From the IMG/VR virus record IMGVR_UViG_3300012009_000091, positions 64,001-128,000 of that record: a stretch of 64,000 bases of DNA. One strand, written 5' to 3'. Of the stretch, positions 36,169 through 45,309 are shown piece by piece. A program made the position numbers and the translations under genes. The notes under the pieces are model-generated. The model was not told where the DNA came from, did no database searches, and saw nothing but the letters and a program-made list of their open reading frames with translations. Numbering within the stretch: the first letter of the stretch is position 1; the number at the start of each line of letters is the position of its first letter. This DNA comes from a virus.

Positions 36169-37107
36169 ATGAAGACGATTACAGTAGCCGTTCATGATGG
36201 TGTGTTTCACGCCGACGATGTCTTTTCGGCGTCGGTAGTGGAAATGATGAGCCTGAACCAAGTGGCCATTTTCCGGACACGAATTCCGGAGGAGATTGAA
36301 GCGGTTGATATCGCTATTGATGTCGGAGGGGTGTACGACCCCCTCCGAGGGCGCTTCGACCACCATTTTGTCGGGAGTCCTACCCGACAAAACGGCCTTC
36401 CTTATGCAGCCTTCGGGCTCGTATGGAAGGCATTCGGGGCTGATGTTGTGGCTCAACTGTCCGATGAGTTCGGGGACCTGAATCAGGACGAGCTCGACGA
36501 CACGATCGACCGTGTCGATCAGTTGCTGGTACAGGCCGTGGACGCGGCGGACAACGGCGTCCCGCTCGTTAAGGAGCGGGCTTGGCCAGACGCGCGTCTG
36601 GCTACGGTCAGCTCTATTATCTCGGGGTTCAACCCGGGATGGATGGGGGAGGGAGAGGAGCACGATGTGTGCTTCGAGGAGGCCACAGAGGTGGCCAAGA
36701 TCATTCTCTGGAATACAGTGCGTAGCGCTGTGCAGTGGGTGAAGGCCCGGAGTATTGTTGAGACCTCTCTTCAGGCGGCAGAAGAGGGGGTCATGGTGCT
36801 CACCCGTCCCGTTCCTTGGCAAGAGCACCTCTTCGCTAGCTTGCAAGAGCAGGCGGAGACCGTGCTCTATGTTGTTTTTCCGGGATCTGGCTCCCCGGCC
36901 TGGATGGTACAGTGCGTACCCCCGATGCCGGGGAGTTTCGACAAGCGAAAAGCCCTACCCGAGTCTTGGGCGGGGCTCCGCGATGCGGATATCCAGGAAG
37001 AGACTGCTGCTAGCACCGCAGTATTCTGCCATCCGGGCAGATTCATCTGCGGTGCTGAAGATTTCGAGGATGCAATGAAGATGGCTAAGCTGGCTGTACG
37101 TAGCTAG
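36169..37107 (+). CDS. MYG1 (UPF0160) family metal-dependent hydrolase/exonuclease
   Basis: HDGVFHADDV, DVGGVYD, RFDHH, DAADNG, LPESWAGL and FCHPGRFI motifs. Confidence 0.9.
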   Translation: MKTITVAVHDGVFHADDVFSASVVEMMSLNQVAIFRTRIPEEIEAVDIAIDVGGVYDPLRGRFDHHFVGSPTRQNGLPYAAFGLVWKAFGADVVAQLSDEFGDLNQDELDDTIDRVDQLLVQAVDAADNGVPLVKERAWPDARLATVSSIISGFNPGWMGEGEEHDVCFEEATEVAKIILWNTVRSAVQWVKARSIVETSLQAAEEGVMVLTRPVPWQEHLFASLQEQAETVLYVVFPGSGSPAWMVQCVPPMPGSFDKRKALPESWAGLRDADIQEETAASTAVFCHPGRFICGAEDFEDAMKMAKLAVRS

Positions 37108-37125
37108 CTGTCTTCATTGCATCCG

Positions 37126-37155
37126 ATACACCCGTTTTCTCGGGTGTATATTAGC
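37126..37155 (+). terminator. terminator-like hairpin
   Basis: ATACACCCG-TTTTCT-CGGGTGTAT then ATTAGC. Confidence 0.55.
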
Positions 37156-37166
37156 CTATGTCCAAC

Positions 37167-37173
37167 GTATAAG
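37167..37173 (+). promoter_or_regulatory. GTATAAG promoter-like motif
   Basis: Intergenic; heads a long run of small ORFs. Confidence 0.6.
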
Positions 37174-37269
37174 TGACCACATTCGGTAGACGTCGTTAGC
37201 GACGCATTTCAATCGGAGATTCATAGTGGTTCAAGCATCAGATTTGTCAACAGTTATAAGGAGGAGAGC

Positions 37270-37464
37270 ATGAGCGTAGATCAGCATAGATACCCACATA
37301 CGCGATTCCGCGAAATCGAGCAAGCCGCACAAGAATTAGTCGACTGGTGCGATGAGTTCGTTCACAACGTTCTCGACGTTCGCGAAAATAGTTTGACGGA
37401 TTCCGGAGAGTGGCCTGAAGTGATTGAAAATCTACGAGAAGCATTACGAGAATCTCATGCCTAG
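37270..37464 (+). CDS. hypothetical protein
   Basis: AAGGAGGAG RBS. Confidence 0.55.
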   Translation: MSVDQHRYPHTRFREIEQAAQELVDWCDEFVHNVLDVRENSLTDSGEWPEVIENLREALRESHA

Positions 37465-37690
37465 AAGAGAACCTAGACTACAGCGGTTTTTGGACGACTT
37501 GGCTACTTGTCTTGGACACCTGCCGCAAAAAGATGGTGAAGCGCGAGACAAGTGTTGCTTCTGTAAAAACCCAGTAGGCGACTTCACAGATGAACTTTCT
37601 AGGCAAGAGTATAAAATCTCCGGTGCTTGCCAGAATTGCCAAGACTGGATTTTTGTCGAAGAAGAGGAGGAAGAAGATGGCGACAGATAA
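37457..37690 (+). CDS. small Zn-finger phage protein
   Basis: CCFC...FTDELSRQEYKISGACQNCQD. Confidence 0.65.
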   Translation: MPRREPRLQRFLDDLATCLGHLPQKDGEARDKCCFCKNPVGDFTDELSRQEYKISGACQNCQDWIFVEEEEEEDGDR

Positions 37691-38411
37691 GAAGTACCCG
37701 AAGAAAGATTGGGATACGCTGAACAGCGACAGTAATTGGATCGATTATGGGGGGAGCTGGCTGGTCAAGGCCTGGGCAGACTTGATGTGGATCATCAAGT
37801 TTGAAAACAAAGAAGATTGGGGAGAACAAGGCTATCTGTGCGAGGTGCGCCTCGCAAGTTTGTCTTCTGCCTCCCTCAGAGACGCTTTGAAATCGGCGGG
37901 CCTGAAGATCAACGATGACTCCGTTTACGACGACATCTACGACTACGAGGGAAATACGGTAGTCAAGTGGAATAAACGGCCGGATCTCTGGAAACTGATA
38001 GTCACGGACGCGCTTCTCGGGTACGGGGCTACAGCTTGTCTGTTCTCTGTAGAAGGAGAATACGACGAAGACAGTGAGGAGGAAATGATAACGGCACAGA
38101 GTCTGATTGACGAAGCCTACCACAAGGTTCTCGAGCTTCAGACGAATATGACGGCACGAAACAAGATTTTGGACAGTGTGGCCAACAAAGTCGGTTCCAC
38201 GTATCGCGACATCATGGATGGCGACTTTCTAGGCGGTCTTCGGCGTAAAGCGCAAAGTATTCTGAACGGCGAGGACCCCGAAATCTCGATGCAAGATCGC
38301 GTTATTCTCGAGATGTACGGAGCTACAGGTGGTCGCACTCTTGGCGGGGAGGTCGAGACCGAAATCGCTCTCGCCGGAAACATGTTGAAGGGCAAACATG
38401 AAGAAGATTGA
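37677..38411 (+). CDS. hypothetical protein
   Basis: GAGGAGG RBS; 244 aa. Confidence 0.6.
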   Translation: MATDKKYPKKDWDTLNSDSNWIDYGGSWLVKAWADLMWIIKFENKEDWGEQGYLCEVRLASLSSASLRDALKSAGLKINDDSVYDDIYDYEGNTVVKWNKRPDLWKLIVTDALLGYGATACLFSVEGEYDEDSEEEMITAQSLIDEAYHKVLELQTNMTARNKILDSVANKVGSTYRDIMDGDFLGGLRRKAQSILNGEDPEISMQDRVILEMYGATGGRTLGGEVETEIALAGNMLKGKHEED

Positions 38412-38619
38412 ACAAGTGGTGAAGAAGTGGGCCGCCGTAGACCCATTAGCGGGGGCTGAGCAGAAAGTAATCGAAATGTGTGACGGGGCCTGTGACAGTG
38501 GGATCGCCGAACTCTTGGAGAGTTTATTCGTTGACCGTCAGCGCCTACTGGCTGAGGTAGAAACACTGAAACAGCACCCAAAGCCCGAGACCGATAGAAA
38601 CTGGGAGGAATACAAATGA
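38398..38619 (+). CDS. hypothetical protein
   Basis: Overlap-coupled small ORF. Confidence 0.5.
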   Translation: MKKIEQVVKKWAAVDPLAGAEQKVIEMCDGACDSGIAELLESLFVDRQRLLAEVETLKQHPKPETDRNWEEYK

Positions 38620-39212
38620 CAAACGTAAGGTGCGTGAAGTGCGGTGAACCTTGGGACTATTACGGCATTCCCAATGGTGATATGGATGAGAATGAGGCAA
38701 GGAAATTTATGTCTGGAGACGGATGCCCGTGTTGCGCGTTCGGCACACAATGCCCCTATTGCCAGGGGACAGGGTTCAGAGAACAGTACCCACATACGTG
38801 TCGGACTTGCTGGGACCGCGGATACATCTTGGCCTGGACACCACGCCAGGATCATCCTCAAGCCTCGTATAAAGTGAATGTATTCTACGCCAGCAGTGCC
38901 CTGAGCACAGAGACCCGAAGTATTCCAGAACCCTCATTCGATATTCCGGTAAAGATTGGGGTCCGAGAGTTTCCCGAGAAAATTGAAATTCTAAATTGCC
39001 TGGGAGGCCAATTTGAGAGGTGGTGGGTTCCGTGCCCCGATTGTGATGGGCCGGGCCCGAATTCAGAGAAATGCACAGAATGCGCCGGGACAGGAAAGCT
39101 AGTAACCGCTCACGATAGTGATTTGAACGCCGCACGAGACGAGCTACATGCGAGCGATGAGGACCCGGTAGACATTCTCGAGAGAAGGGAGGGGGAATGT
39201 ATAAAGACATGA
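38616..39212 (+). CDS. multi-CxxC (DnaJ-type Zn finger-like) protein
   Basis: CVKC, CPCC, CPYCQGTG, CRTC, CPDC and CTECAGTG. Confidence 0.65.
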   Translation: MTNVRCVKCGEPWDYYGIPNGDMDENEARKFMSGDGCPCCAFGTQCPYCQGTGFREQYPHTCRTCWDRGYILAWTPRQDHPQASYKVNVFYASSALSTETRSIPEPSFDIPVKIGVREFPEKIEILNCLGGQFERWWVPCPDCDGPGPNSEKCTECAGTGKLVTAHDSDLNAARDELHASDEDPVDILERREGECIKT

Positions 39213-39547
39213 AGAGTAAGATTCGAGAATTCGATGGGATTCCTGGGTCACCGGAACCCGGTAGACCATTTATGTTCAAAACCTCGTGCCTATACGCCAG
39301 AGGGAAAGACATTCTCGATATGCGCGACCATCCAAAGTGCCAAAGAGTTACATATAAAACGTTCCGAAAACATTGTTCACACGTTCTGAAGTGGGCAGAA
39401 TTGATGGGGTATGACCGCAAGATTCCGCTCTCTCGAGAGGAAAATGCGGTGTTTTATAAATCGTTCTATTGTGGCCGGCCCTGCTACTACATAGAACATT
39501 CAAGGATAGAGTTCATATGGGTCAAAAAGCGCGCGTTGTTAAGATGA
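39197..39547 (+). CDS. hypothetical phage protein
   Basis: FYKSFYCGRPCYYIEHSRIEFIW C-terminus. Confidence 0.6.
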   Translation: MYKDMKSKIREFDGIPGSPEPGRPFMFKTSCLYARGKDILDMRDHPKCQRVTYKTFRKHCSHVLKWAELMGYDRKIPLSREENAVFYKSFYCGRPCYYIEHSRIEFIWVKKRALLR

Positions 39548-39729
39548 CCATGCCAACGGGTCTTGACGTTGGCTAAACTAAAAGGAGGTCGTACAGCGAA
39601 AGACTGGTCTATACTCGTGATGAGATGAGTACAGATTCTCCCATCAAGACTCATCTCCCTGTAAGTACGTGCCCGTTTCCCTCAGCCGTTACGGGCACGT
39701 GCTCATCCACACCTAGCTATAAATAGACA

Positions 39730-40020
39730 ATGAACGACAAAGACTTAGAAGAGATTGCCGAGTGGTCTTGCGTCGGCGTCGAGACCGCTACGCATGTTTT
39801 GAACCAGCAACAGCAAATGACATACACCACCTATGAGATCCCGGTTTATACAGGGAGACGGGCACGCAGGGGCCTGACGCGTATGTGGGGGCTACCTAAT
39901 GCATGTCCCCGGCTCGGAGAGCCGTTATTTGGGCGGAGTAGAGTCGTCTTCGTAGACGACGATCAAGATGGTCAGCCTATGGCCTATTGGGTGCCGGAAA
40001 ACACAAAGGAGAAGACATGA
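39730..40020 (+). CDS. hypothetical protein
   Basis: 96 aa; possible N-terminal HTH. Confidence 0.45.
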   Translation: MNDKDLEEIAEWSCVGVETATHVLNQQQQMTYTTYEIPVYTGRRARRGLTRMWGLPNACPRLGEPLFGRSRVVFVDDDQDGQPMAYWVPENTKEKT

Positions 40021-40619
40021 ATAGAAATGACGAACTGTTCCCCACACCACGTGAATTGTTATTAATCGCGGACACCAGCTGCTGGGGCCTAGAACGCTTA
40101 TGTCGTAATCTCGGATGTTCGGCGGACGAAGAATCCAGTTGGATACAAATTGTTCGGCTGGGTGTGAATTTCAGCACAATCCAATTAAGCAAATGGTACG
40201 AATGGTTGAGGTTCGTGAATAACCGTGCATTTCGGCGGCCGATGTCGGAGGAAGATCGTCAACTCGTCCGTACTGCGCATCCGAAAGGAGAAGACGCGTG
40301 TCTGGCTCACGCGCAGGTGCGTGACTGGCCGCAAGAATTCGTGGCCGTTAACCTGGAGATCCCAATCGATCTTCTGGTCGAGCTCGACTTTGAGGACTGG
40401 CATCAGCAAACATGGCACGACCGACTGGATGAGGTCGAGGGCCGTCCTGACCTGCTCACTCTCAGCGCTGCCTACCGTTTGCACACTGCAGACATGATCG
40501 ATAACAGTGCCCTACGCTATATCGAGAATTTGGTCTGGAGTATCTCGGGACCTGCTGAATGGCGACAGCGAGTGCGCCAACGCCAATTCTCGGAACTAGG
40601 CAAAGGAGACCAGCCATGA
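40017..40619 (+). CDS. hypothetical protein
   Basis: AAGGAG RBS; ATGA coupling at both ends. Confidence 0.55.
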   Translation: MNRNDELFPTPRELLLIADTSCWGLERLCRNLGCSADEESSWIQIVRLGVNFSTIQLSKWYEWLRFVNNRAFRRPMSEEDRQLVRTAHPKGEDACLAHAQVRDWPQEFVAVNLEIPIDLLVELDFEDWHQQTWHDRLDEVEGRPDLLTLSAAYRLHTADMIDNSALRYIENLVWSISGPAEWRQRVRQRQFSELGKGDQP

Positions 40620-41107
40620 TCCATAACGAGAACGAGTATCGTGAAGCGGTGCAGCGGCTTCACGAGGAGCAAGAGCGGCTCGCGGAACACCGCAAGCGCC
40701 TGGAGGAGACGGGTCTCGCTGCTGACGAAGTGAAGCGAGCGCTCGATCCGCTTCGTTCCTTCCACGAGCAGCTTTCCGAGGAAATAGAGAGCTACAAGCG
40801 CCTGAAGCGCGGAGAGATTGATGAACTCCTGAACCTCCACGGGCTCGGGACCGCGTTAGTGGCTCTACGTATTGCACTCGGGCTAACGCAACGCGAACTC
40901 GCCGAGCGCCTGGGTGTTCATGAGTCACAGGTATCGCGCAGTGAGCGCAATGAATACCGCGCGATCACTGTAGACCGCGCCAGCCGGATCCTCGATGCAC
41001 TCGGCGTCGAGTTACGGCTTGTGTTCGATCAACCAATTATCCGATTGACGCAACGCCAGCCGGATGATGCAACGCCATCCGAATGGGGGCAAAAGAGGAC
41101 TAGATGA
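40616..41107 (+). CDS. XRE-family HTH protein (HigA antitoxin-like)
   Basis: MIHNENEY N-terminus and LRIALGLTQRELAERLGVHESQVSRSE HTH. Confidence 0.8.
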   Translation: MIHNENEYREAVQRLHEEQERLAEHRKRLEETGLAADEVKRALDPLRSFHEQLSEEIESYKRLKRGEIDELLNLHGLGTALVALRIALGLTQRELAERLGVHESQVSRSERNEYRAITVDRASRILDALGVELRLVFDQPIIRLTQRQPDDATPSEWGQKRTR

Positions 41108-41562
41108 AAGGCAAAAAGTTCGCGAAAGACTGGATGGGGAAGATTGTTGAGGTCACTCGTACATTCAACTTCAACCCCAGAAGTGGATATTCCAACCCGC
41201 TTGAAACACTTCGAGGAGAACATTTCGGTTGGATCCATGTGCTCGATGAGCCGATCGTGGGCTGGGTAGTTGGTTACACGTACCGGCGCCAAGGGCACAC
41301 TACATTCTACCCCGAGGAAGGATATGAATGGCGAAGTAGAGGACGTTCTCAACTCGTTTACCTCGTGCGGCCTTGGCCGAGTGCAAAAACTATCGACGCT
41401 ATGCCGGATAGCGTGATGTTGACTGATCTTGAACCATACGCATGGTACTACATGACGGAGTACCAGCGGCAAGAGGCCAGGAAAGACATGGCGCGCACCA
41501 TGGAAGATCAGTGTAGAGACGGCCGGGGTCAATGGGCTTCGCTTGTAACAAAAAGGAAGTAA
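41104..41562 (+). CDS. hypothetical protein
   Basis: ATGA-coupled 152 aa ORF. Confidence 0.55.
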   Translation: MKGKKFAKDWMGKIVEVTRTFNFNPRSGYSNPLETLRGEHFGWIHVLDEPIVGWVVGYTYRRQGHTTFYPEEGYEWRSRGRSQLVYLVRPWPSAKTIDAMPDSVMLTDLEPYAWYYMTEYQRQEARKDMARTMEDQCRDGRGQWASLVTKRK

Positions 41563-41566
41563 GAAA

Positions 41567-41815
41567 ATGAAAGAAGGACCAGCAGTTCTCGGAGAACCAT
41601 GCCCAGAATGCATGGGAGATGATTGGATTATCACAGCGACAATGATCAGTTGCCGTGCTTGTGGATCAATGTGGGGACGGGTTAATGGACAGTGGATTGG
41701 TCCAGTTAGCCAAGATAAGATTGTGTACGCTCGTGAGCTAATAAGTAGACCTTACACAACCCTCGATCTGATTGTGTACGCACTTGGAAAAGAGAAGGCA
41801 GAAGATGGAGAATAA
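41567..41815 (+). CDS. Zn-ribbon small protein
   Basis: CPEC...CRACG. Confidence 0.55.
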   Translation: MKEGPAVLGEPCPECMGDDWIITATMISCRACGSMWGRVNGQWIGPVSQDKIVYARELISRPYTTLDLIVYALGKEKAEDGE

Positions 41816-42212
41816 ACAACGGCACAAGTGGACGGAACAAGAAGATGAAAGTCTCTTGGAAGTGATCGAGTCATTGCGCTCAGTCCAGGACCAATACCCG
41901 CACAAGAAAGATTTCTGGAACGGGGTAGCGGGGGGAATGGCGCATCTCTGCGGCCTCGTGGTCAGCGGGAATTCATGTCGCCATAGGTGGCGGAAGATCA
42001 AGCCCGTAGACAAGTGGGAAGAAGTGACCGAAATAGTAGATGCCCACGAGCTCATGTTGTCTGGAGACATTGAACATGATCTCAAACTGCTGGCCCAGCT
42101 GATCAACAATCATCTGATTGATCTTCGGTTAGAGTTGGAAGCGGTACGCGTCAAAGTCGACTGGCTGGCTAAAGAACTCGGATACCACGAACATCATGAA
42201 GGAACAACATGA
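41805..42212 (+). CDS. Myb/SANT-like DNA-binding protein with coiled-coil tail
   Basis: WTEQEDESL...FWNGVA...SCRHRW three-Trp signature. Confidence 0.7.
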   Translation: MENKQRHKWTEQEDESLLEVIESLRSVQDQYPHKKDFWNGVAGGMAHLCGLVVSGNSCRHRWRKIKPVDKWEEVTEIVDAHELMLSGDIEHDLKLLAQLINNHLIDLRLELEAVRVKVDWLAKELGYHEHHEGTT

Positions 42213-42790
42213 GACATAATCCACTAGAACACTGTTGGGATGAGATGTGTGGGCCTGGAAGGGGGTGGACCTGGTCATGCAACTGTAACTGTCCTAGTTG
42301 TCGAAGCGCTGATGCCAGATCCTCAATCAGCAAAGAAGATGTTGAGCTCAATCGCGTTATGACGAAAGCCGCTGACATGGGTAAAGACCCGTTTGAAGCG
42401 GCTAAGACGTTCAAACAGTTAGTCCACGATCATTTGACGGATATTCGGATTCGGGCTGAGTTGGAAACGTTAGGTCTCGACGTCGACTGGATGGACAAAG
42501 ATCCGTTTGGAGTGGCTAAGAAGACCCAAACTTTGGATGAGGTAAACGAGCAACAAAGGGCGGGAAAGGAAGAGAGAAAAGAGAGAGCAGAAGACCTTGG
42601 GGCGGCAGCGCCAATCGAGTTTCAGACTCGCTCCTTTTTCGTAGATGAACATCATCTAGCTCAGACACTAGTAGCAAGTTTGAGCAGAAATCGTCTACTC
42701 AACATCATCAAGGCCATTGAAAACAAGGTTAATGATAATGGTTTCACGAAAGCAATTCGTGATTGGATAGCCTACGAATACAGGTATTAG
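42209..42790 (+). CDS. hypothetical protein
   Basis: CNCNCPSC motif; ATGA coupling. Confidence 0.55.
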   Translation: MRHNPLEHCWDEMCGPGRGWTWSCNCNCPSCRSADARSSISKEDVELNRVMTKAADMGKDPFEAAKTFKQLVHDHLTDIRIRAELETLGLDVDWMDKDPFGVAKKTQTLDEVNEQQRAGKEERKERAEDLGAAAPIEFQTRSFFVDEHHLAQTLVASLSRNRLLNIIKAIENKVNDNGFTKAIRDWIAYEYRY

Positions 42791-42855
42791 TGAAAACTCA
42801 TATAAGTTTGTGTAATCACTAGATTAAAACTACGGAGGAGAAAACGGAAAGGAAT

Positions 42856-43035
42856 ATGAGTGTTGTGACACCTGACAAAGAAATGGAACTCGATGAGGCC
42901 ATTGATCACGCCAAAGAGGCGGCACACCGACTAGCCAAAGAAGGCTGCGATGAATGTTCAAGAGAACACGCACAATTGGCCGAGTGGCTGGAAGAACTAC
43001 GTCGCCTCCGACAAGGACGAGAGGAGTGTGGATGA
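42856..43035 (+). CDS. small phage protein (59 aa, not in the ORF track)
   Basis: LDEAIDHAKE...CSREHAQLAEWLEEL; AAGGA RBS. Confidence 0.65.
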   Translation: MSVVTPDKEMELDEAIDHAKEAAHRLAKEGCDECSREHAQLAEWLEELRRLRQGREECG

Positions 43036-43256
43036 CTACATTGACGGTAACGCGGAAGGATCAAGAATGCGTCGTCTTGGTTCTTCCTTCTGGAAAGTAC
43101 ATCACTGTCCGCGTTTGTGCGCGGGTCAAAGGAGGAACACGGCTCGTTATTTCAGCGCCAGAAGATGTGCGAATTTGGCGTGAAGAAGTCCTCGTGAAAG
43201 CAACTGAACAACAGATGGAAGAATCATGCAAACTAATAGAAAACCCCAAGACCTAA
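43032..43256 (+). CDS. csrA: CsrA/RsmA-like RNA-binding translational regulator
   Basis: LTVTRK..E.VVL...ITVRV...TRLVISAPEDVRIWREEV matches the CsrA pattern; GAGGAG RBS. Confidence 0.75.
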   Translation: MTTLTVTRKDQECVVLVLPSGKYITVRVCARVKGGTRLVISAPEDVRIWREEVLVKATEQQMEESCKLIENPKT

Positions 43257-43441
43257 AGCCGCTGATTGAAGAGCAGTTACAAGAACTTCTGGACTGGGCT
43301 GAGTCCACAGATAACTGGGAACTTGTGGAATTGTCCACGTTGGCCCTTCAGGAAAATGAATTGGCGCAAAATATCTGTGCCGTATTCGTACAAACGCTTC
43401 GAGAGCGCTTGGAAAAGGAGAACATAGACGGTGAAGACTAA
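43226..43441 (+). CDS. hypothetical protein
   Basis: Helical 71 aa ORF. Confidence 0.5.
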   Translation: MQTNRKPQDLKPLIEEQLQELLDWAESTDNWELVELSTLALQENELAQNICAVFVQTLRERLEKENIDGED

Positions 43442-43655
43442 GCTGTACATCCCCATTGAGTGTGGAATCAAAACCTGCGCTACGATGGAGGGCAAGATGT
43501 GCAAATACGTGCGCGTGAGGCGTCTCGGTACCGTATGGTATTGTGAGCTCTTCCCCAAAGGTGATCTGAAAACCACGGAGATCGAAGATCGGGGGTGGCT
43601 GTTACGCCATCCTCGGTGTATACAACAAGAACAGGAGGAAGAACGTGACATGTAA
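43431..43655 (+). CDS. Cys-rich small protein
   Basis: AAGGAG RBS; five spaced Cys. Confidence 0.5.
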   Translation: MKTKLYIPIECGIKTCATMEGKMCKYVRVRRLGTVWYCELFPKGDLKTTEIEDRGWLLRHPRCIQQEQEEERDM

Positions 43656-43878
43656 GCACACTCTATACGAGAGATCCAAGGACATGCCGTTCATGTACTG
43701 TGTGGCCGGCGAGAATTGTGACCCCGCTAGTCATGGTGGGTACAGCGTACGTTACACGTGTACAAAATGCGGTGCGACTCGCCTAGTCAACATCAACCAG
43801 ACGTACATCGAAAAGTCCCCATGGGAACGGCCTTGTCAAGAAGGGGACAACGATAACTCACTCGGCCGTAGAAGCTAG
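43645..43878 (+). CDS. small Zn-binding protein
   Basis: CKH...SHGG...CTKCGATR. Confidence 0.55.
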   Translation: MTCKHTLYERSKDMPFMYCVAGENCDPASHGGYSVRYTCTKCGATRLVNINQTYIEKSPWERPCQEGDNDNSLGRRS

Positions 43879-43892
43879 GAGGTCTACAATCG

Positions 43893-44858
43893 TTGATTGA
43901 TGTTTATGGACCCGGTGTCCGCGAGTTAGCACGAAAAATCTGGCCATATGATAGGTCCGACGCCTTTGACTATGAACACATTATCTGGGCAGCTGCATTG
44001 GTTTGTCGTGGACAGAACTGGATCATTATCTCGTTGAGGAACGGCTTCTTCGGTCCTCCACGAGATGTCCAGGATGTGTCGGATGCCCTCGGCCTGAGCC
44101 CTGAACATCTTCGAGCTGTTGAACACCAGCTGTATCATACGCTAAGAGTCTTCCTCGATGGGGACCCGAAACCGGGAGATCGGCCTGAGCCGATCAACCT
44201 CATCGAGGAAGACCGACATCGGTTAATGCGGAACAAGGATCTCCTTGCATGGCTGCAGATTGGAGAGAGCATCAAGGACCACTTTTTAGATCTAGGTATG
44301 CCTCACATTCGATTACCCAATCGACGGCGATGGATTCGCTATCGAAAAGTCGATGTAGAGCGCTGGCTTGCGAGATATAAAAAGCCTCGCCCTAAGCCAC
44401 GGGCGAAAGGAGTGTTTGTGAGATTCACCGTACTGAAACCGCACTACAGAACGCAGCCCTGTAGATTCTGTGCAGAGATCAAAGAGCGTGGAGGAGATCT
44501 TCCATGCATACCTTTGTGCGATGGAACAGAGCAAGAGCAAATTGAACCGTATGTCAATTTCGCCTATGTGAATGCGTGTGATATTTTGGATATGATCGAG
44601 GAGTCGTACGACCATAACATCTATGGGCATTGGCCCTTGGACAAACTCCCCATAATTCGCCGCAAGATCATTCACGCCATCAATGTGCCCGCAAATAGAG
44701 CACCCTATCTACGTGATCCCCATGTTGAAACCGGGGCTTCGGGAACGAAGTCGGTTATTGTCGGAACTTCCGAGGAAGCTGTTCTTCGACGGTTGTGGGA
44801 TCTTTTGTCACTGGTGGACTGGGCTCAAGAGCATGGACGTGACCTTTACTATGGATAG
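43893..44858 (+). CDS. sigma-70 region 4-like HTH plus excisionase-like HTH plus unknown C-terminal domain
   Basis: IISLRNG...DVQDVSDALGLSPEHLRAVE and LMRNKDLLAWLQI...IRYRKVDVERWL; internal RBS and in-frame GTG at 44418. Confidence 0.6.
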   Translation: MIDVYGPGVRELARKIWPYDRSDAFDYEHIIWAAALVCRGQNWIIISLRNGFFGPPRDVQDVSDALGLSPEHLRAVEHQLYHTLRVFLDGDPKPGDRPEPINLIEEDRHRLMRNKDLLAWLQIGESIKDHFLDLGMPHIRLPNRRRWIRYRKVDVERWLARYKKPRPKPRAKGVFVRFTVLKPHYRTQPCRFCAEIKERGGDLPCIPLCDGTEQEQIEPYVNFAYVNACDILDMIEESYDHNIYGHWPLDKLPIIRRKIIHAINVPANRAPYLRDPHVETGASGTKSVIVGTSEEAVLRRLWDLLSLVDWAQEHGRDLYYG

Positions 44859-45186
44859 AGAGATGAAAGAACAACTACAAAAAGCATTTCCAGCCGCTCA
44901 ATTTGAGTCGGATGGAGAAGACGGGCTGGTATTGGTAGTCGATCAGATCCGACTGCGAGTCCAACGTGATTCAACAGACGGATTCTACACGGTAGACATA
45001 TTCCTCAATGCTGTAGCTGGTCAACAGCCTTTTCGGCTGTCCACTACGCGACCCGGAGAGCTCATAGAAGCTGTGCATTGTGCTCTGGCGTCGATACTGA
45101 GTTGGAACAGTCAGATCTGTACAATGTGTACGACGCTGCACAGCATTCTGTGTCCGGATCTTTATATGGACCCCGCTGATCGCTAA
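44851..45186 (+). CDS. hypothetical protein
   Basis: Overlap-coupled ORF. Confidence 0.5.
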   Translation: MDREMKEQLQKAFPAAQFESDGEDGLVLVVDQIRLRVQRDSTDGFYTVDIFLNAVAGQQPFRLSTTRPGELIEAVHCALASILSWNSQICTMCTTLHSILCPDLYMDPADR

Positions 45187-45191
45187 GACAC

Positions 45192-45223
45192 GAAGACGGG
45201 AGGCCGCGCTCTCGTCTTCTTAG
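45192..45223 (+). terminator. terminator-like hairpin
   Basis: GAAGACGGGAG-GCCGCG-CTCTCGTCTTC then TTAG. Confidence 0.6.
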
Positions 45224-45229
45224 TATAAG
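45223..45229 (+). promoter_or_regulatory. GTATAAG promoter-like motif
   Basis: Fused to the hairpin+TTAG; upstream of the kinase gene. Confidence 0.6.
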
Positions 45230-45309
45230 GTCGCACGTTGTTCAGTCGTGTAAACCGCGATATACTCTCGCCATCCTCGTAGAGGGTCAAATTCATTTCG
45301 GAGGAATTC

